In this document: one piece after another, positions 12,561 to 24,981 of the stretch
How positions within the stretch are numbered: position 1 is the stretch's first letter
Layout of the letters: every line of letters starts with the position of its first letter
From: Octopus sinensis
Taxonomy: Eukaryota
NCBI RefSeq assembly: GCF_006345805.1
Contig: NC_043006.1
Location: 83,762,001 to 83,826,000 of the forward strand
Length of the DNA stretch: 64,000 nucleotides
Reading direction: 5' to 3'
The notes under the pieces: generated by a model
What the model saw: only the letters and a program-made list of their open reading frames with translations
What the model was told of the DNA's origin: nothing
Databases searched by the model: none
Translations under genes and position numbers: made by a program

Positions 12561-13199
12561 GTGCATCAATCTGAATTCCAGTCAGATTCCTGGCCAAACA
12601 GGACATCCAGGACACCTCAGTGTTTTTCTCTGTTGCAAAAATTTTGTTTAGTGAAACTTCTGCTATGGTCACAGGCACAAAACTAAATTCCTTTGCAACT
12701 GTCACATGAATATGCACCCCTTCTTTTCACCCCCTTCATTAATACTCTTGCCTTCAGCCAGGGGGTGGTAAGGTAATCTTCCTCCAGCCAGGATCCTATA
12801 CTCATTATCAAATACTTAGAGCAAGTACAGATATTTGAATATATTTACGTGTGTTAAGGTTATGGATATGAGAGAATGATTTAACTACAGGTTATAGGTT
12901 TTTTTTTTACCTTCTGTTTGACTGCGTTTGTGAACAGTGAGTCTATCTTTTTGAGAAGATTTTATACAGATATCACAGTGGTAATACAACTAGTCTCTTT
13001 CTTTCGACATCTCTTCAAGGGGTTAAAAAAAAATCAATCACATAATTGATTTTCATATAACTTTTCTTCTCTCACAACAATATATGGATGATTTTCCTTT
13101 CTTTTGTTTTTATAGTTTATTCCTTACAAATACTTCTACTACTATATTTCATTAACAGTGGTCTTTGTCAATATCTGGAAAATGATACAATCTTGTATG

Positions 13200-13890
13200 C
13201 ATTTCAGGTCATGAAGAAAAAAAAAATGGAAATTTTGCTATTAATCTCTGATGAGAAGAAACATTTCACTGTAATGTCCTATAAAGTGATTTATATAAAC
13301 AGAATTTCCAGACAGTGAAGAAGAGAAATTTTGCTTTTAATCTCAGTTGAGTTGAAATATTTCACAATAATTCACCATAAAGTTGTATAAACAAGATTTC
13401 TAAAATGGGAAGGCTAAGTTTTTACCCTTAACCTAGATCCTGAAAATTATTTCACTCTAATTCACTGTACATTTATATTAACAGAATTTCCAGTCTGAAG
13501 GAAATAAATTTTTTGCTCATAATCTTGGTTCTGAAGAAATATTTCACAGTAATTCAAGATAGAGTTATAGAAACAAGATTCCCAAATAATAAAGAAGAGA
13601 AATTTGGCTTTTAATCTCAGCTGAGAAGAAATTTTTCACCATAATCCTGATGAATTTCTACATTGAGGATTTCTATTCTGAAGAAGAGAAATGTTGCTAT
13701 TAATCTCAGTTGAGAAGAAATTGTTCTTTGTAATATGCTATAGATTTATATAAAAGGGAATTTCCAGACAGTGAAGGAGATAAATTTTGGTTTTAGTCTC
13801 TGTTGAGAAACAAAATTTCTTGGATTTTTATATAAACAAGATGTCCAGACTGTAAAAATGAAATTTCGCTTTTAATCTCAGCTAAGAAGA
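13200..13890. repeat. Degenerate ~90-bp tandem repeat, about 7 units
   Basis: TTTTAATCTCAGTTGAGAAGAAA-like motif near 13240, 13336, 13518, 13610, 13698, 13790 and 13869. Confidence 0.75.
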
Positions 13891-15289
13891 AAACTTCTTC
13901 CCCTCCTCTTCCTTCCCCTCAAACTGATATTCACCACTGACCATGCATCCACCTTTATCCCCATCTCTAGCCAACTGCCAACTTCATTTCACTCTTGAGA
14001 ACTTATCTATCCCACCTACCTTTTCTGATCCTCTGTTCATGTTCTCTCTTTTACATTTTGAGGGTACACTCTGACACCTCATTACCACCTTCTTGCATTT
14101 TGAGGGTACACCCTGACACCTCATCACCACCATCTCTTTCCAGCTGGGGTTGCGTACTGGGATCAGTCTAATTGATCTAATCTATCTCCCCCAAAATTTC
14201 AGGTCTTTTGCCTATAGTAGAAAGGACTTATTAATATTATTAAGGCAGTGAGCTGGCAGAATCGTTAGCATGCCGGATGAAATACTTAGCGGTATTTCTC
14301 CCATCACTACATTCTGAGTTCAAATTCTGTCAGATCCTGGTACAGCAGACAAATGTTAAATGATGAGTATGAGTAACCCCCTAATTTTGGGGGCTTAAAA
14401 TTTGGAAAAAAGGTTTTGTAAGGCATGGGTTGGGTCAAACCACCCAACCCATGCCAGCATGGAAAGCAGACGTTAAACGATGATGATGAGGATGAATAGT
14501 ATAGTTGTGTGGTTAAGACGTTTATTTCCCAATCAGGTGGTTTCAAGTTCAGTCCCACTGTGTGACACCTTAGGTGTCTTCTACTATAGCCTCAAGCCAA
14601 CCAAAGCCTGTGAGTAGATTTTGTAAATAGAAATTATAGAATGATGATATATACATGTATGTATATGTTCATTCATGTTTTTTTCTTTTGTCTTGAGATG
14701 GCATGCTTATTGTAGACAAGTGCCCCTGTTATATACACAGTGCCATTTGTTTACAATCCTGTATGAAATCTTGTCCAGCCATTTGGGCTGTTTGTGTCTG
14801 AAAGACTAAAGGAACTATTAGCAGACTTGGAAATACATTTGGGTTGGTAGTAGAAAGGGCATCTGACTGTTGAAAATCTACCTCAGCAAATTTCCTTTGA
14901 CCAATGTAAGTATGGGAAAGTGGACTTTAAAATGGTGATGATGATGATGATGATGATGATGATGACAACAGTGATATCCTGTTTTGAGAATAAGTGTACC
15001 ATATTTGTATATGTTGTAAAAGTTGAATAAAAGGATTCAGTGACTGGAAAAGTATGATCATAAAAAACACTGCCTTGGTAAACCTTTGAAAAGTAGATGT
15101 AAAAAGATGATGAAGTTTCACTTGAAAAGGTAAGTGAAGATGGAGAGGGAAGTGTTACCTTCAAACAAATTTGTTGAAAGATAAGTGACTCTGGCAAAGA
15201 TATAATGAGTGAACACTACATTATATTATCTTGTATTGTCCCCAATGTATTTGTGAACCCTTCAGTGGTTAATGAAAAAAGCATTATTA

Positions 15290-16235
15290 TTACTAAGGTG
15301 GCAAGTTGACAGAATTGTTTACGGCAGCGAGCTAGCAGAAACATTAGCAAGCTGGGCGAAATGCTTTCTGGTATTTTGTCCGCTGCTGCGTTTTGAGTTC
15401 AAATTCCGCTGAGGTCGACTTTGCCTTTCATCCTTTTGGGGTCAATAAATTAAGTACCAGTTACGCACTGGGGTCGATGTAATCGACTTAATCCCTTTGT
15501 TTGTCCCCTCTATGTTTAGCCCCTTGTGGGCAATAAAGAAATAAGAATTGTTAACACATTGAACAAAATGCTTGGTGGTGCTTCCTCTGATTCGTTTTGT
15601 TCAGAGTTCAATACTGCCAAGATCAACTTTGCTTTTCATCTTTTCAGGGTCAATAAAATAAACTACCAGTCCAGTATTGGTGGGCTGATGTAATCAACTT
15701 TCTCCATCTCCTAAAATTGCTGGCTGTATACCAAAATTTTATGCCATTATTATTATTATTAAGGCAGTGAGCTGGCAGAATCGTTAGCATACCAGGCAAA
15801 ATGCTTGGCAGTATTTCACCCATAGCTACATTTTGAGTTCAAATTCTGCCAAGGTCAACTTTGCCTTTCATCCTTTCCAGGTTGATAAATGAAGTACCAG
15901 TAGTGTACTGGGATCAGTCTAATTGATCTAATCTATCTCCTCCAAAATTTCAGGTCTTTTGCCTATAGTAGAAAGGACTTATTAATATTGGTGATGGCAG
16001 TGAGCTGGCAGAATCGTTAGCATGCCGGATGAAATACTTAGCGGTATTTCGCCCATCACTACATTCTGTGTTCAAAATCTGCTGAGGTCAGCTTTGCCTT
16101 TCATCCTTTCAGGGTTGATAAATTAAATACGGGTGAAGTACAAGGGTCGATGTAATCGATTAGTCCCCTCCCCACAAATTTCATGCCTTTGTGCCTATAG
16201 CAGAAAGGATTATTATTATTATTATTATTATTGCT
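15290..16235 (+). mobile_element. Head-to-tail array of (ATT)n-tailed SINE copies
   Basis: At least four AGCTGGCAGAA/GAGTTCAAA heads, separated by ATT runs or directly abutted. Confidence 0.75.
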
Positions 16236-16932
16236 GCTACTAATATATTAATTATCTTTGGTAATTTTCAATCAAAAATCCTTGTTGTTTTAATTTTTAT
16301 TTGAAGTATTTTTTTTCTCTTTTTATTGAATCCATATTGTTTGCTTTTGGATTAATAAAAACTTTACACTTTCTCACTTGTTCTTGCTCTTTTTCTATTG
16401 ATTAAGTAAAAAAAAATGAATGTATTTTTACTCCCCCTCTCCACTCCCGTGTGACCACCATCACTTTCCACAAAATCTATGTATTTCTTTGGCAGCTCAT
16501 GCCATCATGTCTGCTTCACTCTGAGGCTGCCTCCATTGCTTTCACCACTCATTTCTATGCAGACACCTTCACAGGTTCCATAAAAACCTTTGCTTCCCAA
16601 CCAAGTGGTTCTGGGTTCAGTTCCACTGCATTGTACCTTAGGCAAGTGTCTTCCACTATAGCCTTGGGGCTGACCAAAGTCTTATGAGTGGATTTGGTAG
16701 ACAGAAACTGAAAGAAGCCTGTTGTATATATATATATGTCTATATATCTATGTGTCTGTGTTTGTCCCATCACCACTTGACAACTGGTGTTAGTGTGTTT
16801 ACGTCCCCAGCAGTTCAGCAAAAGAAACTGATAGAATAAGTACTAGGGTTGATTCATTCGACTAAAATTTCAGGCAGTGCCCCAGTATGGCGACAGTCTA
16901 ATGACTGAAACAGGTAAAACATAAAAGGTATA

Positions 16933-16999
<67 letters not shown>

Positions 17000-17006
17000 T
17001 ATAATA

Positions 17007-17385
17007 CTAGCAGATGTACCCAGTGTTGCCCAGGATGTTAGCAGCATAGTTTGAGTTGATGTCTTGCAAACAACTTGCACATGCAAGTGCTACCAGTTAA
17101 AAGCTCCGTATACAGTTATAATATGCAAAGATTTCTGAAAGTTACAGTTATTCCTGTAAAAGGTCTTCCCACTTGCAACTTTTGCCTTCTTTTTTGCAAA
17201 AAGATCGAATTTATCGATTTTTGCCCAATCGCACGCAAAATTTTCAAAATTTTTTATGCTTAGAGCCATTCCTGTTAAATTTGAAGTCTAATGGTGAAAA
17301 TTTTACTAAGATTGTGTGGGTCTCGAGCTTTAACGACACAACAGAGACACAGACAGACACATATCCTGTGTTTTATATATAGAGA
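17007..17385 (-). mobile_element. Non-autonomous Helitron-like element
   Basis: Minus strand A|TCTCTATATATAAAA ... CCTGGGCAACACTGGG hairpin ... CTAG|T. Confidence 0.7.
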
Positions 17386-17530
17386 TTGTTGACATTTGTT
17401 TTCTACTTTATTGAATTTTGGCCTCCACACTTATAGTCACAGCATATGTGTGTATAAATGTCTGTACTTGTTTTTAAATGTGCTTAAGTGTATATGTAAC
17501 AGCCTTAATTGATTTGTAAAAAATATTATA

Positions 17531-18201
17531 TGTCTGTGTCAGCAGTTGTAACGTTAATTACTTATTATTAATATTGCATACTATAGGATGAGAAAGATGA
17601 ACAATGCATAAAGTTTTAAGGATATGTTTATTTTCCATTACATTACAAATACCTTGCCTCAACGGGCAGGCTAATGATAAATCCAAAGGCATGCGAAGTA
17701 AAGTTTGTGTTTGGGTTCTCTTCATTGTTTAGTAGTTATTGCGGAGACAGATAGAATGATGTTGTAAGAGAACAGAATTAGAGCTAGTGAGAATTGTAGG
17801 GTGTTGGACGTTGCTGACAGTAAACTTCATTTCTCCCTCTGACCAATGTTCTAGCTGGTCAGCCAGACATCGTTGAGTTGTCACCGACTGGTGACTAACT
17901 GATTTTTGCTTGAGGTATGCTTGCTTATGTAACTATCCAGAAGGATAGATATATCATTGAGAACAATAGATTTAGTTGGTGGTCTTGTTATCTTTATTCT
18001 AGCTTTTGGTGGAAGTAGAAGAGGTTAGAAAGGGTCAAGTGGTGAAGACATTATTTCGGCCTAGCTAAAGGCATCTGGAAAATGTAAAATTGCTGTCACA
18101 GAAAAACCATTGTTCCATCGTGGGAAAAGTTCTGTTGCAGTGTTAATTTAAATTTGGCTATGGTGGATCGAATCCACTTCATGCATGCAAGATCCACTAC
18201 A
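17531..18201 (-). mobile_element. Solo-LTR-like repeat, copy 2
   Basis: Aligns along its length with 11060-11723; TG...CA ends; possible TATA 4-bp TSD. Confidence 0.5.
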
Positions 18202-18384
18202 TATATATACGTGTATAGTACTGATAACACCTATCTAAAGCTAAGGAAGATTAGCCACCTGTCCCTTGACATATACCAGGCAAATACAACTAACAAATTG
18301 CTGATCTGGCTCTGTGATTAAAAAGCTTGCTTCCCAATCACTGTGCTGCACTTTGAGTAAGTATCTTTAACTAATCATGATCTC

Positions 18385-18873
18385 ATACGAAACAGGCTCC
18401 TGCAATAATTTCAACTTTTGGTGTGATCCTTTCTGGGTGCATCAATAGGTATAAAATGGCACACACACACACACGAGCACCAGATAGAGAGCTTTGTGAT
18501 ATAGCAGAGGGAGCACGAGGAAACGCAGCAGACAGATGGCAAGCAAAGACAAGCAGTGGCTGGATCAAGCTGACATCCTCGTTATGAACTGTCAGACACA
18601 GCAACACAATAACGAGCTGTTGACTTTTTGAACACTATGACAATTACCAACCTTTGTCATTTGTAGTAGCAACAGCAACAATATTTGTATTTTGCTTCAA
18701 AAGTAATAAAAGTTTGTTGTCAACATTGTCAATAGATTTCGTCGTCTTCTATGTACAGCTGTTGACCTCTAAAGCTAGAAATAACGGGTCATCTTTAGCT
18801 CCAGTTTCAGTACAAGTAGCAACAGGCACTAGTACAAGTGGTGACTGGTAACACTGTCTCCTGTTCCACGTAC
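18385..18873 (+). mobile_element. Possible solo LTR
   Basis: TATAAAA near 18450, AATAAA near 18706 and weak terminal inverted similarity. Single copy in the window. Confidence 0.3.
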
Positions 18874-18879
18874 ACATAC

Positions 18880-18966
<87 letters not shown>

Positions 18967-19020
18967 GAAATAATACATATCTAAATCTCTCAGAGAGATT
19001 TATGCAGTAGTGATACGATA

Positions 19021-19176
19021 AAGTAGTTGTATACTGTCAACTTAATGTGACAGTCCCATGAAGGGAAACATAAGGACACAGGAAATGTGTCAAGGCCGAC
19101 AGGAAGCGTTGCTGTTTCCTAGGGCTAAATAGCAGTAGTATTATTCCCTTCATAGGACTGTTGACAGTATACAGCT

Positions 19177-19180
<4 letters not shown>
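19021..19180. mobile_element. Short MITE-like palindromic element
   Basis: AAGTAGTTGTATACTGTCAAC (19021-19041) versus its inverse at 19160-19180 (1 mismatch), plus a second internal 18-bp inverted repeat. Confidence 0.7.
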
Positions 19181-19231
<51 letters not shown>

Positions 19232-19624
19232 GTGCATAGATGTATATACACATTCTAGCTGTGATTATACATATTCCAGCTGTGATACATACACACACCA
19301 CATGCTGCTTTCAGTTGCTATCTACACCTGTCATTGATTGACCTGAAACTACAGCAGGAAACATGAAGCCATGTAGTTGAGAAACAAATTTCTTAGCCTC
19401 AGCCATACATAAATAAAAAATACATACGTACGTACATACATACATGCATACATACATACACACATATACATACATACATACATATATGCATACATACGTG
19501 TGTCAGTGCATGTGTGTATACATACACGCAGAGATACATGTGTGTGTAAAAAGATTTAAAGGGAAAAGGCGCAGAAGTCTTGTTTGTGCAGATAAAGGAT
19601 ATTTAATCCTTTACAATATGTATA

Positions 19625-19658
19625 GAGTCGACCGGTTTTGCTTCGCTAATCATGACTC
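19625..19658 (-). ncRNA. Minimal type I hammerhead-like motif with A3-U8 core and G12>A lesion
   Basis: Minus strand GAGUC-AUGAUUA-GC(GAA)GC-AAAA-CCGGU-C-GACUC; 200 nt downstream of a PLE GIY-YIG ORF. Confidence 0.6.
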
Positions 19659-19856
19659 AATGTTATGAAATCATGAGTTTTTGATTTAATCCTACGTAGA
19701 GGCAGGTATGATGCAGTTTTGCGGTTGTACATGAGAGTACATCTCAAGGGGGATAATCAGTGAATTAGCTAACGAGATAATCAGTGAATATGATATTTCT
19801 TAGCTAAGTCTTTTTCCTTTTTTTCTGGTTGTTTTTTTTATTATTTGTGAAGTCCA

Positions 19857-20123
19857 TTATATATTTATATTAAGTTCTGCTTTGTATTTTTCAATAAGTG
19901 TAGCCTCTTTATTTAGTCGTTGTTGAGCTGAGGTCCTTTCCGTGCATTGGTATAGTAGGAATATTGTGAATTGTGAGTGGTATTTGACGGTATTGGGGTG
20001 GTAGATTTGTTGTGTGCGTAGTGTAGATCTGCGTTTTAGGGACATTCATGTTAAACCTATATAGTTCCTACTGCAACCGGGACATATTATGACGTAGGTG
20101 AGGTTTTCAGAGGCACAGTGAAT
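19857..20123 (-). pseudogene. Penelope-like GIY-YIG endonuclease fragment
   Basis: IHCASENLTYVIICPGCSRNYIGLT*MSLKRR...RLNKEATLIEKYKAELN, with one in-frame stop. Confidence 0.8.
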
Positions 20124-20157
20124 ATATATACTAGTGTATATATAGGTAACTACGCTT

Positions 20158-20188
<31 letters not shown>

Positions 20189-21189
20189 AATATATACATC
20201 ATACATCTTTGTGTGTATGTTGTGAAGTCGCAACTCCATTGCTATACGTTAGAAAGAATCAGAATAAGAATAAGTGGTCGTTGTTGGAAGAAAAAGTAGT
20301 AGAATGGAGCAAATAAAAGAGAGAGAAAAAATAAAGATAGAAAAAGAGAAAGGATTTAACTACCTGCAGTAAAGTATCTTACTATAAGGAAGAAAGAGGA
20401 CGAAAAAAAGGGACAAACAGTAAGGGAACGATACAGCTAAACTTTCTGTATAAAAGGCCAAGCCTACGGACGTACGCATGAAAGATACATACATACTCAT
20501 TTAAACGTATATACACCATAAAGTATATAAACACAAGACTATATTTAAAACCGTTAGTTTGGTATATTGAATATTAAAATAGTGTAACTTCAAATTGGGG
20601 ACTGAAAGAGTCAATAATATAATTAAATTCATAGTGTAATAATATAATATATAAATTTTGGCATCAGCGAAATTTAAATGAGAAAACTTAGTGACTGCCG
20701 AAAATCACGAAAGAAACAAATTATGATAAAAATGATAAATAAATGCAATGGAAGTAATTAAGTAAGCAATAATAATAATAATAATAATAAAATTATAATA
20801 AAGAATAAAATAAGATAAAACAAATTCATGCTGATGTTTGATGCCTTTAAAAAGCACATTTTGGTCGTCTGTAAATATGCGATATCTATACAACACATTA
20901 GACGACTGTAAAAGGGCTTTAAGATGTACGATAAAAATCAAAATTGTTAGTTATATAATAGGGTAAATTGCACTGTAAAAAAAATAAAATGGCTCAAAAA
21001 GGAGAATTTAAAAGAAATGGTTACAAAAAAACAATGAAAATAAAATAAAAATAAAAGACTGTAAACAGTCGAAGGTTTCTCTGAAGGTCGAAAAATGTAA
21101 AATATAAGTGCGATATTATACAAAATGATGCCTGCTTTTAGGTGGTAATGCCAAGATCAAATGTGAAAGTCAAATATTATTATTATCCT

Positions 21190-21905
21190 TATGGTATTTT
21201 ATCAGTCGACATTTTATACCTCATAGCATGTCTACAGGAAATCAAAGGCTGCAGTTTCTGGTTCAAGGCATATTTATCCTGGAACAAGATGAACAGCTTT
21301 TCGCTCAGGCACAGGTTGCCTCTTATAGGGCGTCCCTATGCCTCGTACTTATATGGTGCAGCTTTCTCCAAGATCGTCCATCTGATATTGAAAGGACGGG
21401 TATTATTTCCTTTTAAATTCCAAGACACGTTTGGCAAGACTCGTTGCTATCCTATTTTCAGGGTATCGAAATGAATTTCAATGGGAATATAATCTAGTCT
21501 TAAAGGAATTCTCTGAGGCTCCTGTATGTTTTGTATTCTTGCGAGCCGTCAATTTGTACTTTAGCTCTATAGACAATTCCCTTCTCTAGACAAATTCCTC
21601 CTAACGGACAGTAACATTGATATTTGAAATTGCAATTTTGGGGGTTATTTCTGGCACTGTGGTTGCTTTTAATAGTTTTGGTGCTGTACTGATTAATTAA
21701 AGAGGCGAAGCTCTTGCAACAAGAATAGCTAATCTTAAGCGTTCTTCTATTAAAATTCTATAAAACTTATGGTTTTCTTGAAATTGCCTAGAAACTAGTT
21801 TCAAGAAATCTCTACCTATATTAGTTTTTACTGTAATTTTAAAGGCCGGATTAAACCATAAGCCTTTCCTAGATCTAGTTCTACTGGTTCTATTATTGTC
21901 AGTAG
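21190..21905 (-). pseudogene. Penelope-like element linker plus GIY-YIG fragment, different family
   Basis: WFNPAFKITVKTNIGRDFLKL, CYCPLGGICLEKGIVYRAKV, WTILEKAAPY, NLCLSEKLFIL..ALNQK..LISCRH; frameshifted. Confidence 0.82.
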
Positions 21906-22102
21906 TGCTTTGACTATGAGCGAAACACCTAAGCTCCAAACGGCTCCGCAGAAGGTAATGGCGAACTTCTGCTGACTCTTTCGCCACAACTTTCTCTCAC
22001 TCTTTTCTCCTGCATCTTGCAGTTCACCTGCGACGGACCGGCGTCCCGTCCAGGTGGGGAACCGAGACGTCAAGGAGCAAAAAGGATTAAGAAGAAGATG
22101 AA

Positions 22103-22140
<38 letters not shown>

Positions 22141-22142
<2 letters not shown>

Positions 22143-22695
22143 GACGGACCTCTTCCAGCTTCCGTCTACCAAATCCACTCACAAGGCTTTGGTCAGCGCG
22201 AGACCATAGTAGAAGACACTTGCCCAAGGTGCCACGCAGTGGGACTGAACACGGAACAATGTGGTTGGTAAACAAAAAAAAAAGAAAAATAGAAAACAAA
22301 ACAATTCTAAATTCAATACAATATTTTATACAAACAAATGATACGCTTCATAAATCACAGCTGTTTCCGCTTCTTTTACACCTGGCTAATTTGCTATATA
22401 TATAAAACAAATTAGCAAGGTGTAAAATTCACCTAAGGGATGTCAAATATCTAAGAAGCGGAAACAGCTGTAATTTATGAGGTGTGTCATAAATTTATAA
22501 TTGAATTTATAATTTTTCAGTTTATTGTTTTGTTTCCTATTTTTCTTTTTTCTTTCTTTTTTTTTGTGCTTACCAACCACATGGTTCCGTGGTCAGTATG
22601 CGTGGCACCTTGGGCAAGTGTCTTCTACTATAGCCTCGGGCTGGCCAAAGCCTTGTGAGTGGATTTGGTAGATAGAAGCTGGAAGAAGTCCGTTG
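22141..22695. repeat. Long imperfect inverted duplication (foldback) including a SINE 5' half
   Basis: Arms pair through the SINE, the A-rich linker, 22339-22375/22453-22489 and an inner hairpin 22374-22393/22408-22427. Confidence 0.8.
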
Positions 22696-22709
22696 TATAT
22701 ATATATCTA

Positions 22710-22754
<45 letters not shown>

Positions 22755-22795
22755 ATATATATGTATGTATATATATATGTATATATATATACATG

Positions 22796-22830
<35 letters not shown>

Positions 22831-22835
22831 ATATG

Positions 22836-22894
<59 letters not shown>

Positions 22895-22895
22895 A

Positions 22896-22960
<65 letters not shown>

Positions 22961-22985
22961 GTATATATATGTATATATATATATC

Positions 22986-23021
<36 letters not shown>

Positions 23022-23057
23022 ATATATGTATGTATGTATGTGTGTGTGTGTGTGTGT

Positions 23058-23090
<33 letters not shown>
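22696..23090. repeat. Long compound (TA)n/(TATG)n/(TG)n microsatellite
   Basis: Directly visible. Confidence 0.98.
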
Positions 23091-23092
<2 letters not shown>

Positions 23093-24070
23093 GTCTCGGA
23101 GATTTTTAAGGTAGTTAAAAAGACATTAGCGCCTATTTCTAATTCAGTACGTGGCCAGGCACTAAGCTGACCCCTGATTATAATTAGGTTTATAATTATA
23201 GAATATTTTGTATAATTCACTTAAAAAGGGTTTTTTAACGTACTGGTAAAATTATTAATTATTAATTGACTAATCAATTAATTAATTAATTGTACCCTAT
23301 ATTATTATATATATTTATATATATACATATATAAAATTTAAGTAAGCAGAAAATGGATACATATATATGTATATATATATATATATAGACATATAAATAC
23401 ATATTATTTATATCATATTATGTATGTATACACACACACACACACACACACATATGTATATGTATATTTGTGAATGGATTTGGGAGACGGAAACAGAAAG
23501 AAGGCCCGTTGTGTGTGTGTGCGTGCGTGCGTGCGTGTGTATGCGTATGTGTGCGTGTGTATAAGATCCAAGGATCGAGGTGTAGGAAGAAACTTCAAGC
23601 AATCCATAGTAAATATAAAAAACAACTTTCAGGGACAATATTTTATTGAGACGGAAGGCTGTACATTTTTTTCGTACCGTAGTACAATGAACTAGAGAAA
23701 GTTCTTTTTATATTTCACATCAGGCGACCAAGGTTGCCGGGCATGCAAATAAGAATACAAGAGTTAAGGAATGGAGAAGAGAAGATCTGAACAACATGCG
23801 TTTCATAGCGAGCGAAACCTCAGTAGTGGTAAATATCCAAGCGAGATGTGTATCGCAGGCTATTCGTCAGGCCAAGAGTATTTTAATCGAATGAAAGTTT
23901 CCATTGTCGCAAGGTACCGGTTAACACATGGAAGTATCGATCAGAATGTGTAGAGATCACAGTAAGAGTGGAGATTCATTTACTTGTTTCATTCATTTGA
24001 CTGCGGCCATGCTTAAAGGGTTTTTAGTCGAAGAAATAGATTCCAGGACTTATTCTTTGTAAGCCTAGTA

Positions 24071-24981
24071 CCGTAAATCCTCGAGTATAATCCGCACTTT
24101 TTTCTCAAAATTTAAAGGTCAAAATCCTTCGAGCGTACTATATACGAGGTTAAAAATGAAAATTATTTTCTAAGCAATGTCCGAGTCTCTATTTGCTGTC
24201 CGGCAATGTTTACTCAGATATTTTGTGATGTCTGGCGCGAAAATACCTTAAGCTAAGCTTGAAAGCAATGAAGTCATTAAAAAAAATCATCCATAACTTG
24301 CAGTAAGCAACATTTAGTAAACGTTATTACTGTTATTACTGTTATTTCTTTATTTTCAAAATGCACAAAAAAGCTACACGTTTGCATTATGTTATATCTT
24401 TATATATAAGAGTGAAGTTGTGTGTCTGTCACCTACGATTTAGATTCCTAACTACTCCCACATTTTGCGGTGCAGTGTAACCAAAAGCGGGTATCTTATA
24501 GTCGTGATTTATATCGAGCCCTTCTGGGTATTAGCGCGTGTCTACGATGAGTCTACGATTAAAAAAAAAATTTACCATCATTTTTTCCCATTTCTAATGC
24601 ATTTTATTGCTATTATATAAGGGAAGTAACTCTCTAAAAATGTATTTTTAAATCTCAGAACGTAAAAAGCTACAGTAACACCCCCCCCCTTTGTGGTTAG
24701 CCATATTGAGATGGCTATTATACTTTACATCTCTAAAAATGCTTATATAGTTATTTCCCTTACAAACCCGAGCAACGCCGGGCGATACTGCTAGTATACA
24801 AAAATAATAAAGGACGTTACCGTATAAGTTTTACAAACCGAGGACGTTATATAGACTTCCTTGACTCAAATTAGAGAAGGGGTGCGTATTATGCACAAGG
24901 TTTAGGTTTTTCAAAGGTACAACCCCCTAAAAATCCGCTGCATATTATACCCAAGGGCGGACTATACTCGAGGATTTACGG
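24071..24981. mobile_element. Tc2/pogo-like MITE (CCGTA TIRs) carrying a nested Helitron-like element
   Basis: TA|CCGTAAATCCTCGAGTATAATCCGC ... GCGGACTATACTCGAGGATTTACGG|TA. Confidence 0.85.
24397..24794 (+). mobile_element. Non-autonomous Helitron-like element
   Basis: A|TCTTTATATATAAG ... CCCGAGCAACGCCGGG hairpin ... CTAG|T; absent from the other two MITE copies. Confidence 0.8.

Noticed and set aside
11060-18201. Single full-length LTR retrotransposon between the two direct repeats
   Set aside because: There is no PBS and no gag/pol; the interval holds LINE remnants and SINEs, and the outer flanks do not form a convincing TSD.
21075-21100. Hammerhead candidate CTGAAGG-TC-GAAA near the PLE at 21190
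   Set aside because: Helix II and the helix I/III pairings cannot be formed.
22659-23220. Long ORFs of Y/I/C/V repeats on both strands
   Set aside because: They are translations of (TA)n/(TG)n microsatellites, which lack stops in these frames.
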